A DNA stretch of 64,000 nucleotides from an uncultured Chloroflexia bacterium (GTDB taxonomy: Bacteria; Chloroflexota; Anaerolineae; JAAYZQ01). The stretch is from NCBI GenBank assembly GCA_963700285.1, contig CAVOXA010000010.1:1024001-1088000 (forward strand), given 5' to 3'. Made by a program: the position numbers and the translations under genes. The notes under the pieces were generated by a model that was not told the origin of the DNA, searched no databases, and saw nothing but the letters and a program-made list of their open reading frames with translations. Below are positions 32,573 through 41,708 of the stretch, one piece after another; position 1 is the first letter of the stretch; each line of letters starts with the position of its first letter.

Positions 32573-33533
32573 CTAGGCCCACAGGTCTTCCAGCGCCGAC
32601 TCGGGCTCGGGTAGCGGGCTTGTGCGGGCGAACTCGACCGCCTGGTTCAGTTCCTCCAAGACATCCGACTCGACCTTGTCCGCCTCAGCGCCGGTTAGAA
32701 CGCCCTGATCGATCAACAGCTTCCGGTAGGGGGCGATTGGCTCTCGCTCGAGCCAGGCTTCCACCTCCTCCGGTGGACGATAGGTATCGGGCTCTCCCTC
32801 AAAGTGCGTTCGCCAGCGATAGGTCTTGCACTCGATCAACGTCGGCCCCATGCCAGCCCTGGCCCGGTCCACCGCTTCCTGGCAGGCTTCGTAGACAGCA
32901 AGGACATCATTGCCGTCGATGGCCAGACCCGGTATCGCATAGCCCACGGCCCGGTCGGCAATGTCTTCCACCTTGCGCACGTCGCTCTGCCTTGTGCCGA
33001 CGGCATACAGGTTGTTCTCACATACGTATACGACCGGCAGGTCAAAGGCTGCAGCGATATTGACCGCCTCGTGGAACGTGCCCTGGTTTGAGGCACCGTC
33101 GCCAAAAAAGCAGACGGCCACCTGGCCCTGACTTGCGCAGTTTGGCCGAGAGACCGGCGCCGGTCGCGATGGGCAGGCCGGCCCCGACGATGCCATTGGC
33201 GCCCAGGATGCCCAGGCGGGGGTCGGCGATGTGCATCGAGCCGCCCTTGCCCTTGTTGTAGCCGGTGGCCTTGCCGTACAGTTCGGCCATCATCAGCTTG
33301 ATGTCGCCACCCTTGGCGATGATATGGCCGTGACCACGGTGGGTGCTGGTGATAAAGTCGTCGTCATTGAGCGCAGCGCAGGCGCCGACGGCGACCGCCT
33401 CCTGGCCCAGGTAGAGGTGCACAAAACCTGGCATCTCTCCTGCGGCGAATAGGTCCTTGACGCGGTCCTCAAAATGGCGGACCTTGAGCATCCGCTCGTA
33501 CATCAGGAGCAGCTTCTCACGTGAGATTTCCAT
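32573..33533 (-). CDS. acoA: TPP-dependent acetoin dehydrogenase-like E1 alpha subunit (frameshift near 33132)
   Basis: PGFVHLYLGQEA, STHRGHGH, GKGGSMH, GDGASNQG...ENN TPP motif, TYRWRTHFEG. Confidence 0.9.
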
Positions 33534-33548
33534 TCTCCTACCCTTTCT

Positions 33549-34337
33549 TTAGCCTTCCAACAAGGCCAGGCACATCGCCATCGCCTCTTCGCTGGGCGCT
33601 ATCGGATCCAGCTCAAACCCCACGTACTGGTCATAGCCTGCCTCACGAAGGGCTTTGAAGATATTGGCATAGTTGAGTTCACCTGTGCCCGGCTCGTGGC
33701 GACCAGGAACATCTGCCACGTGAACGTGTCCAATCACATCCAGGTTGCCGGTGAGGGTCTGGATAACATTGCCCTCCATGACCTGCATGTGGTAGATGTC
33801 ATAGAGCACCTTGATGCACGGACTATCCACTGCGCGCACCAGCTCAAAACCGGTGGCAGAGCAGTCCAAGAAATAGCCGGCGTGGTCCACCTGGCTGTTC
33901 AGGGACTCGAGCACCAGCGTGACACCAGCCTCCTCAGCCAGAGGGGCGATCATCTTGAGTCCTGCGAGCACACTCGCGTATTTTTCCTCGGCCGTTAGCT
34001 CCGGGTACTGGAAGCGAACAGACCGGTCTTCGGCCAGCTCATCGGTGAGCAGAAACAGCCCGGGCGACCCGACCTCGCGGGCTTTTTCCAGGCTCTGGGC
34101 GATGCTGGCCACAAACCCCTCCCGTTGCTCGGGGTGAATGAGCGTGCCGCCCAAGTTGGCCTGGAACGAGGCAATGCCGATGCCCGCCTTTTCCGCCGCC
34201 GACTTGATGGCGGGCAGGTCCTTGTTGTCCCAATTCCAGAACTCGATGGCATCAAAACCGGCTGCCGCCGACTTGGCGATGCGCTCCATGAATGGAACCT
34301 CGGTATAGATCATTTCGATACAGACTGAAGATTTCAT
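33549..34337 (-). CDS. Hydroxypyruvate isomerase-like TIM-barrel protein
   Basis: AIEFW, LESLNSQVDHAGYFL, YDIYHMQVMEGN, HVADVPGRHEPGTGELNY. Confidence 0.88.
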   Translation of the reverse strand: MKSSVCIEMIYTEVPFMERIAKSAAAGFDAIEFWNWDNKDLPAIKSAAEKAGIGIASFQANLGGTLIHPEQREGFVASIAQSLEKAREVGSPGLFLLTDELAEDRSVRFQYPELTAEEKYASVLAGLKMIAPLAEEAGVTLVLESLNSQVDHAGYFLDCSATGFELVRAVDSPCIKVLYDIYHMQVMEGNVIQTLTGNLDVIGHVHVADVPGRHEPGTGELNYANIFKALREAGYDQYVGFELDPIAPSEEAMAMCLALLEG

Positions 34338-34370
34338 GTCCCTACCTCCTTTGACAGTCGTTCAATCTTG

Positions 34371-35493
34371 TCACCGGACTAGCACGTCCGGAACATCGAT
34401 AGCGCCGTTGGCCGTTTCTATGGTTCGCATCGGCCAACCCGGTCCCGCCGATGCGAGTTCCACTCCATCTTCGGTGAGGAGTGTAAACTCCTCAAACTTG
34501 GCGCCAGTGATGGTGACAAAGTAATCGTAGGCCTGCCGTTGGACGACGCGCGCCTCCGGATCCTGGCATCGAGCAGCATCCGCAAGGATATAGCCCGTAA
34601 TGCCACCCTGGAAATGGTACATCCATTCGCCAGAATAGCCCAGCACCCGGTAGAGGCGAATCTGCTCGGCTAGGATGTCGGCGAAAAGCACACCTGGCGC
34701 CAGCATCATGGCCACGTGTCCCCCAATGGTGGCCGTGCCGTCTGATGGCCCGCCTGATGTGCGAGGGGGGCTCCCCAAAGTGCACCAAGCGGGTGATATT
34801 GGCATGCAGCCCCCATCGTCGCGCGGCGGGATGCAGCAGCGCATATTGCTGCAGCCGATTCTCGGTCGGGATAGGATGCCGGTAGTCCCTGATCCGGTCA
34901 TCAAAGCCAACGATGAGAACATCGATGGTCAGACCCTCAAGCGCGTAGCGCTGTAGCAGCGTGGCGGCGACTTCTTGTTCGCTCAGCCCGGGTTCCAGTT
35001 CGTGGGCTACCTCGGCCAGAATCCGGTTGGCAGTCCGGCCTATCCAACGGCAGCGGCGCAGGTCAAGATCGGTGAGCGGGTAATGCAGGTCCACCAGGGC
35101 AGAACCGCAGGGCCGGGCGCCGGACAAAGCGAAATCAGCACCCACCTCCATACCTTTGGTAAGCTGGAGGATCTTGTCCTCGGGCGAACCCTGGTGCCAG
35201 TAGCGGGTGACGAGTTCATAACCCTGCCCTGCCACCTGTTCATCGATGAAACGCTGGCCGTCCATGGAATAGGAAACGAGCCATTTGTGGTTCCTGGTGA
35301 TGACCAGATAGCCAAAACCCATTTCGCTGGTCGTGACGACATGGTTGTCGCCACCAGCCGTCAGCCAGGCAAAGTTGTCCTGGCGCCCGATGACCAGAGC
35401 GTCCAGCCCCTCCCGCTCCAGAAAAGCGCGGACCCGCTCTTCCCTGATCCTGGCTGACGCCAGGATCTGCTCTTGGTTTCCAATTTGCTCCAT
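34371..35493 (-). CDS. M24 (creatinase/Xaa-Pro aminopeptidase fold) hydrolase (frameshift near 34745)
   Basis: Creatinase-like N-terminus (NFAWLTAGG), YRHPIPT, GLHANITRLVHFG, HFQGGITGY, GAKFEE. Confidence 0.75.
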
Positions 35494-35592
35494 GCCCAAT
35501 CTCCCGTCCAGTTCTCAACCTAGTGCAAGGCGCATTTGGTCCTGTTTCTCTCGGGTCCTATTCCCGTGGCCTCTAGCATCTATGCTCTTGGT

Positions 35593-35640
35593 GTACTCGG
35601 TTACGAGCATCACTTTACTCGTTTTCTCCATCTCTGTCAA
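35593..35640 (-). promoter_or_regulatory. Internal promoter with an operator-like palindrome for the M24-hyi-aco module
   Basis: On the minus strand, TTGACA (35640-35635), 17 nt, TAAAGT (35617-35612), followed by the imperfect palindrome GTAACCGAGTAC (35604-35593). Confidence 0.65.
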
Positions 35641-35678
35641 TGTTTCTTCTGTTCAAGTGTCAGGATCCTGGGTCTTGA

Positions 35679-36980
35679 CTACGATTCTGCGGTGGCTATT
35701 TGAACGCATCTTTGGTCAAAGCTAGCCATCACGTCCGCCCCGTGGGTAACCACGCCAATGCGCGACGCACTCCCATGGCGATCCAAGGCTGCTGCCAGAG
35801 CCTCATCGAGGCTCCGTGTTGCCCTGGCGCCAATGCGAACGGCCTCCTTGTCTGGTATACCATCCGTCACCAATGTGACATTCACCCGTTGGCGCGTCTG
35901 ATCCCAGGCCAGGTACGTGGCGGCCGCCACCTCATCCTGGATCTCCCCACGTTCCACCATCTTGCACACTTGGTCGCCGGATGTCTGTCCAAGTTCTATG
36001 AGTGAGGGGTGGTCGGGAGCAATGCCCTCCGGTGCTGGAATAATCAAGATCAAGGTACCCCCGTCCCTGACCATCATGCCGCAGTTGTTCACTGGTTTGA
36101 AGCCCTGCCACAGATCACGATCTGCCGGGTGAGAGCCAGCGACCACGATGTCAACCTGGTCTTCCAACGCAACGGTATAGATTGGGCGGGCGATTTCAAC
36201 GCCGGCCCGATGTGCTTTGACCACATTGCCAGCTACCACTGCCACTACACCACCATCACGGTTCAAGACCACGTTCACAATGAATTTAAGTCCGGAAGCG
36301 ATGGCCATCTGCTCCATCTCGCGCCGGACTGGGTTGTCTGTCTTGCCCAGGATATCATATACACAAGGCCCCGCCATCAGATGCGTCTTGGCCGTGGTCA
36401 CTGAGCTGGTAATGCCTGGCTGAATCATCTTGGCTCCACCAGCCCAGCCAGCGTACATGTGGGGTATTATGTTGCCCACAGCGATGCTGAGATCGCTCTC
36501 GAGGTAGCGTCGACTGACCTGGATGGGTACACCCGACGGCGTGGCACCCAAGTCCACAAAAGCTTGAGGTGCCTGCGAGAGATTGTCAACTGATATGCGC
36601 GCCATCACCTTGGCGCCGAAGCGAGCGATGCGCTCTGTTTCGCTCATAGGGCGATGGGTGCCAAGCGCGATGATGGCCGAGATCTGCGAGTCCAGCACCC
36701 CGGCCTGGTTCAGCTCATCCAACAGAACGGGCAGAATGCGGCTTTGGGGAGTCAACCGCGTATTGTCATCTACGAGGATGACGGTTCTTGTGCCATGATC
36801 TGCAGCCAGTTGAGTGAGGCCGGGCGAACCTATGGGAGAGCGAAGGGCGGCACGAACTGCCTCTTCAAGGTTTTCTACGGGCGGCACGTTCTTCGGGGCT
36901 ACGGTCCAGGCCAGGTTCACTTCGGGAATGTGAAGTGTTTTGCTTTCATCGCCGTACGGAATTGCGATCTCCCGATGCAT
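35679..36980 (-). CDS. LarA-family nickel-pincer-dependent 2-hydroxyacid racemase/epimerase (copy 1)
   Basis: IPYG, DDNTR, ALGTHR, PHMYAGWAGGAK, KTH, NPVRREME, DLWQGFKP. Confidence 0.88.
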   Translation of the reverse strand: MHREIAIPYGDESKTLHIPEVNLAWTVAPKNVPPVENLEEAVRAALRSPIGSPGLTQLAADHGTRTVILVDDNTRLTPQSRILPVLLDELNQAGVLDSQISAIIALGTHRPMSETERIARFGAKVMARISVDNLSQAPQAFVDLGATPSGVPIQVSRRYLESDLSIAVGNIIPHMYAGWAGGAKMIQPGITSSVTTAKTHLMAGPCVYDILGKTDNPVRREMEQMAIASGLKFIVNVVLNRDGGVVAVVAGNVVKAHRAGVEIARPIYTVALEDQVDIVVAGSHPADRDLWQGFKPVNNCGMMVRDGGTLILIIPAPEGIAPDHPSLIELGQTSGDQVCKMVERGEIQDEVAAATYLAWDQTRQRVNVTLVTDGIPDKEAVRIGARATRSLDEALAAALDRHGSASRIGVVTHGADVMASFDQRCVQIATAES

Positions 36981-37050
36981 CTGATTGCCGCCCTCTGAGA
37001 TGGTCATGATTGCACAGGTACAGGATCCCCCATGTCGACCGCGGATCTGG

Positions 37051-38571
37051 CTATCCTTCGCGCCAGTACTGCTTTGTGGCATCAAAGAAAGGCTGGTAGT
37101 CCCACTTGGGCAGCCCTGTGGTGCGCATCGCCTTTTTGATGAGCCCGCGCCTTGCCATACTGTCGTCAATATCCAGCTCGATTTGCTCGGGATCAAAGGT
37201 CGCTAGCAAAAGCTCGTGCATTTCGGATTCGACTTTTCCATATTCGGGCTGCCCGGCCAGATTGTTCCACTCCCTAGCATCCTTGGCCAGGTTGAACAGC
37301 CGCGGGGCAAAACCAGTCGTGTGGATGTACTTGTAATCTCCCTTCCGAACCATGAAGCTCGTGGTGGTGATGCCCTCGGTGTGGTGCTCGGCGAATATGG
37401 CCCGTTCGGCATCTCGCTCACCATCCATAAGCTGTACCACACTATGGCCGTCCACAGGCACGATGCTGTTCTCGTCGACACCGGCAATATCGAGCAGCGT
37501 GGGCATCACATCCACAAGGGATACCGGCTCTTTGACGATATCCCCACCCTCCCAACGCGGTGGGTAGGAGAGGAGCCACGGCACGCGCGCCGCGAACTCG
37601 TAAAAGACCCGCTTCTGGATCATCCGCCGCTCGCCAAGCATGTCCCCGTGATCGCTGATGAATACAATCGCCGTATTCTCTCGAAGGCCCATGTCCTCCA
37701 AGGTCTGGAGCAGCTCGCCCACTTTGCGGTCTATGTAGGTCACCGACCCATAGTAGGCGCGGCGCATATTATACTGTGCTCGTTCATCGTCTAGATCGAC
37801 CAGATGCGTGCCATGGAAGGTATTGAGTTGTTTGTCCATGGGATGTTCAAGCTCGGCCAGGTTATCAGGTATCTCGGGCAGATCGATCTCCTTGCCTTCG
37901 TACAGATCCCACAGTTCTTGAGTCACGTGCAACGGCTCATGGGGATGCGTATAGGAGACACAAAGGAAGAAAGGCCGTTCATCGCGAGGAGGGAGTTCCT
38001 TCTGCAGGCTGCCTGAATAGTTGCTGCGCTTGGAACGGAGATACTCCAGCGCTCGAAATTGGGTCTCTTCGTCATAATCTAGCTGCATACTCCACTGGCG
38101 AACACCGCCCGTCACGTGGTCGATGGCCATGGGGTTGATATGGAACGCGGAAAAATCGCCAAAGCCCCCCTTGGGCCGTTCTGGAAGCCAATTAAAGTCC
38201 GAAGGATAGATGTCAGGGGTGAGACGCCGCTCAAAGCCGTGGAGCTGGTCAGGCCCGATGAAGTGCAACTTGCCTGATGCCACCGTATCATAGCCCTGGA
38301 TCGACAGGTAATGACATAGCGTGGGGACATCAGCAGGGAACAACGCGCCATTGTCGTAGGAGCCGATGCGGGACACATAGCTACCGGTCATGATGGAGCT
38401 GCGCGCGGGCGCACAGATCGGACAGCTCGTATAGGCATTGTCGAACCGCACACCTTCTGCAGCCAATCGCTCCAAATTGGGAGTTTCGACCACCGGATGC
38501 CCATAGACACCGGACAGTTCAGCCACCATTTGGTCGCAGATGATCATAAGGATGTTTGGCTGTTCAGCCAT
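37051..38571 (-). CDS. Choline-sulfatase (BetC)-like S1 sulfatase
   Basis: PNIL...DQ, CAPAR formylglycine motif, GKLHFIGPDQLHGFE, HPHEP, SDHGDMLGE, WDYQP. Confidence 0.88.
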   Translation of the reverse strand: MAEQPNILMIICDQMVAELSGVYGHPVVETPNLERLAAEGVRFDNAYTSCPICAPARSSIMTGSYVSRIGSYDNGALFPADVPTLCHYLSIQGYDTVASGKLHFIGPDQLHGFERRLTPDIYPSDFNWLPERPKGGFGDFSAFHINPMAIDHVTGGVRQWSMQLDYDEETQFRALEYLRSKRSNYSGSLQKELPPRDERPFFLCVSYTHPHEPLHVTQELWDLYEGKEIDLPEIPDNLAELEHPMDKQLNTFHGTHLVDLDDERAQYNMRRAYYGSVTYIDRKVGELLQTLEDMGLRENTAIVFISDHGDMLGERRMIQKRVFYEFAARVPWLLSYPPRWEGGDIVKEPVSLVDVMPTLLDIAGVDENSIVPVDGHSVVQLMDGERDAERAIFAEHHTEGITTTSFMVRKGDYKYIHTTGFAPRLFNLAKDAREWNNLAGQPEYGKVESEMHELLLATFDPEQIELDIDDSMARRGLIKKAMRTTGLPKWDYQPFFDATKQYWREG

Positions 38572-38587
38572 ATGCTTTCATTCCTTT

Positions 38588-40099
38588 CTAACCGTAGATT
38601 GCTTGTTTCTTGATGGGCGGTCCACCCTCTACCTGCAGATCGTTGGGGTACTTGGCTGCCAGCTTCTCGGCCCAATGGAGCCTACCTGTCTGGCACAGGC
38701 GCTCGATGTAGGCCGGCAGCCAGCCTCGAGTATCCTGGGGCCCACCCTCAACGATCACCGACCACATCGGATCTTGAGCGTGCGTCGCCGAGTGTAGCAT
38801 CTGGCCGTACCAAGCGTCCAGCAGGATCATGGCCCGGCCCACCAGGTCGGGACGTTCCGGTGCGAGGTCGTACTGCTCGTGCGGGTCTCTTGTTACGTCG
38901 AACAGCAGCACGTCATTGGGAAAGCACTGATAGCCATCGTGGTAGAGCCGTATGCACAGATAGTCGTCAAAGCGGATAGAGCGGGTGAACGAAGCGGCAC
39001 CGGCACTGAAGACCAGATAATCCCTACCAGACTCTGCTCCCGTCCCAATGGTCTCAGCGAAACTCGAACCGTCCCAATTCTCCGGGACCGTGCCATCGAC
39101 CAACTCGACAACCGTCGCCGCGAGATCGAACTGGTAATGAAGAGCCCAGTCCACTCCTCCACCTGACCGCGGAGGGACACCCGGCCAGCGGACAATCAGC
39201 GGTTGGCGTGCCGAACACTGGTCCGCCAGGCGGTGGCCGGCATAGATATTCAATTCTCCAAGGCTCTCGCCGTGATCGGCAGAGATGATAACCGCCGTAT
39301 TCTCCAATACACCCAGCCTCGCCAAGGTGTCAAGCAGGAATCCGATGTGGCTATCCACATACCGCAGGCTCGTGTCGTAGCCATCGAACATCTTGCGGAC
39401 CTCGTGCATCGACGTCATCTGCCCAGGGGTCCTGGGGTACTTGGGGAAACGAACGTGAAAGCTAAAGGTGTCCTGGGCTGAGCGGATGCCGCAGCCATCC
39501 CAGTGTTCCTGGCGGATCTCTTCCGTGAGCCAGGCGGGTATCGGCTCATCTTTGAACGGATCCCCAAAATCATCGGGGGTGCGGTAGGGCCAGTGCACGT
39601 CCCAGAAGTTGACGTGCAGGAACCAGTCGTCCTCTTGACCGTTTCTCTCCAGCCAGTCGATGGCGAGAGATGACATCTCCTCGGCCATCTCTACGCTCTG
39701 CCGGTCGACGTTATAGATCTCTGAAAAGCCCGCCAGCCAATTGAACTGCGAATGTCGCTCAGCAAAGGCGCTGACAGTGACCGTCCTATAGCCCTGATCG
39801 CGAAGGCAGCGCATCCAGTTGGTCTTGCCCAGGGTGGAGCGGAAACCCCGCGGTGGACCCTCTACAAAGTGATCGGCCGCAGTGCCCAGATGGTCGACGA
39901 CACCGGTATGGATACCAAATCTGCCCGTGTATAGTGCAGTCCGCGAGGGGCCGCAGGGGCCGTCCGAATAGTAACAGTTTTCGAACCGGATCCCCTCCGC
40001 CGCGACCCGGTCGATGTTGGGGCTGGTATCTCGATGATAGCCATAACATCCCAGATGATCCGGGCGCAAGGAGTCGATGTCAATGAACAGAATGCGCAC
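38588..40099 (-). CDS. S1 sulfatase (different subfamily)
   Basis: DIDSLRPDHLGCYGY, CGPSRTALYTG, WDVHWPY, SADHGE, DPHEQ. GTG 40099 follows AAGGAG. Confidence 0.88.
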   Translation of the reverse strand: MRILFIDIDSLRPDHLGCYGYHRDTSPNIDRVAAEGIRFENCYYSDGPCGPSRTALYTGRFGIHTGVVDHLGTAADHFVEGPPRGFRSTLGKTNWMRCLRDQGYRTVTVSAFAERHSQFNWLAGFSEIYNVDRQSVEMAEEMSSLAIDWLERNGQEDDWFLHVNFWDVHWPYRTPDDFGDPFKDEPIPAWLTEEIRQEHWDGCGIRSAQDTFSFHVRFPKYPRTPGQMTSMHEVRKMFDGYDTSLRYVDSHIGFLLDTLARLGVLENTAVIISADHGESLGELNIYAGHRLADQCSARQPLIVRWPGVPPRSGGGVDWALHYQFDLAATVVELVDGTVPENWDGSSFAETIGTGAESGRDYLVFSAGAASFTRSIRFDDYLCIRLYHDGYQCFPNDVLLFDVTRDPHEQYDLAPERPDLVGRAMILLDAWYGQMLHSATHAQDPMWSVIVEGGPQDTRGWLPAYIERLCQTGRLHWAEKLAAKYPNDLQVEGGPPIKKQAIYG

Positions 40100-40149
40100 A
40101 CTTTGTCTCCTTCGTGAAAGCCTGAGACGCAAAGGCTGGAGGCTCTGCG

Positions 40150-41667
40150 CTACCCCTCACGCCAGTACATCTCACGGGCATCAAAGAAGGGCTGGTAATC
40201 CCACTTGGGCAAGCCCGTGGTCTCCATGGCCTGCTTGATGATACGCCGGCGGGCCAGGCTTGCCACCAGATCCCGCTCGATCTGGTCGGGGTTAAAGTTG
40301 GCCAGGAGAAGGGCATGGAGTCGAGATTCGATCTCTTTGTTCTCGGGGCTACCAGCCAAGTTGTTCCACTCTCCAGGATCCTCAACCAGGTTGTACAACT
40401 GTGGAGCATATCCGGCCGTGTGGATGTACTTGAAATCGCCGTGACGGACCATGAAGCAGGTCATGGTCGTCCCGCCAGCGTGGATCTCGGCAAACACCGT
40501 GCGGTCCGGATCTCGCTTGCCTTCAGCCAGGGGGATCACGCTGCGGCCGTCTATGGGCAGGATCTCGTCCCCCCGCACACCGCCTAGATCGAGGATGGTT
40601 GGCATCACATCGACGATGGAAACTGGTTCCTGAACGACGGTACCCCGCTCTTCCATACCCGGGTAGGACATGATCCAGGGTATCCTTGACGAATACTCGT
40701 AGAAGGAGCGCTTTTGGATCATCCGTCGCTCTCCCAGCATATCTCCGTGGTCGCTCAGAAACAAAATAGCTGTGTTCTCGCGCAGACCCAAGTCCTCCAA
40801 GGCCTGGAGTAACTCACCCACCCTCTCATCGATCCAGGTAATCAATCCATAGTAGGCCCGGCGCATATTATACAGGGCCTCCTCGTCGTTGAGGTTCACT
40901 TGATGGGTACCGTGATAGTGATTCAGCATCGTATCCATCGGGTGCTCATAGTCCTGCAGATCGCCTGGGATCTCGGGCAGGTCGATCTCTTTGCCCTCGT
41001 ACAGATCCCAGAACCTTTGTGGTACGTGGAAGGGCTCGTGTGGATAACAGTAAGAGACCTGCATGAAAAAGGGACGCTCGTCGCGTGGAGGGAGCTCCTT
41101 CTGCAGCGAGCCGGTGTACTGGCTCCGTTTGGAGCGCAGGTACTCCAAGGCACGAAAATGGACTTCCTCATCAAAGTCAGCTTCCTGGCTCCACTGCCGC
41201 ACGCCAGCCGTCACATAGTCGATGGCGATGGGATGGGCGTGGTATCCCGCACGGTCCTTGAAGCCGCCTTTGGGCCGGGGCGGCAGAAAGTTAAAGTCTG
41301 CTGGATGAAAATCGGTGGTCAGCCGCTTCTCAAAGCCATGGAGCTGGTCGGGCCCGATAAAGTGCATCTTTCCGGCTGCGACAGTATCGTATCCGGCGAT
41401 GGACAGATAATGACTGAACGTGGGCTGGTCTGCCGGGATCAGGGCGCCGTTGTCGTAACATCCCGTACGAGAGCCATACATCCCCGTCTTCAGGGCACCG
41501 CGGGCCGGTACGCAGATGGCGCAGCTTGTGTAGGCGTTGTCAAAGCGAACGCCTTCTGCCGCCAGCCGGTTTAGATTCGGCGTCTCGACCACCGGATGTC
41601 CGTAGGCACCGGTGAGCTGGGCCACCATCTGATCACACGTGATTAGCAGAATATTCGGCTGCTGCAT
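40150..41667 (-). CDS. Choline-sulfatase (BetC)-like S1 sulfatase, paralogue of 37051-38571
   Basis: CVPAR, GKMHFIGPDQLHGFE, YPHEP, SDHGDMLGE, WDYQPFFDA. Confidence 0.88.
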   Translation of the reverse strand: MQQPNILLITCDQMVAQLTGAYGHPVVETPNLNRLAAEGVRFDNAYTSCAICVPARGALKTGMYGSRTGCYDNGALIPADQPTFSHYLSIAGYDTVAAGKMHFIGPDQLHGFEKRLTTDFHPADFNFLPPRPKGGFKDRAGYHAHPIAIDYVTAGVRQWSQEADFDEEVHFRALEYLRSKRSQYTGSLQKELPPRDERPFFMQVSYCYPHEPFHVPQRFWDLYEGKEIDLPEIPGDLQDYEHPMDTMLNHYHGTHQVNLNDEEALYNMRRAYYGLITWIDERVGELLQALEDLGLRENTAILFLSDHGDMLGERRMIQKRSFYEYSSRIPWIMSYPGMEERGTVVQEPVSIVDVMPTILDLGGVRGDEILPIDGRSVIPLAEGKRDPDRTVFAEIHAGGTTMTCFMVRHGDFKYIHTAGYAPQLYNLVEDPGEWNNLAGSPENKEIESRLHALLLANFNPDQIERDLVASLARRRIIKQAMETTGLPKWDYQPFFDAREMYWREG

Positions 41668-41708
41668 CAGTTACACCTCACAAGAAAAGTTGACTGTCGA
41701 CAAACCTG

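Noticed and set aside
35512-35631. Small ORF MEKTSKVMLVTEY... upstream of the M24 gene
   Set aside because: It starts inside the spacer of the predicted promoter, lacks a ribosome-binding site and has no recognisable features.
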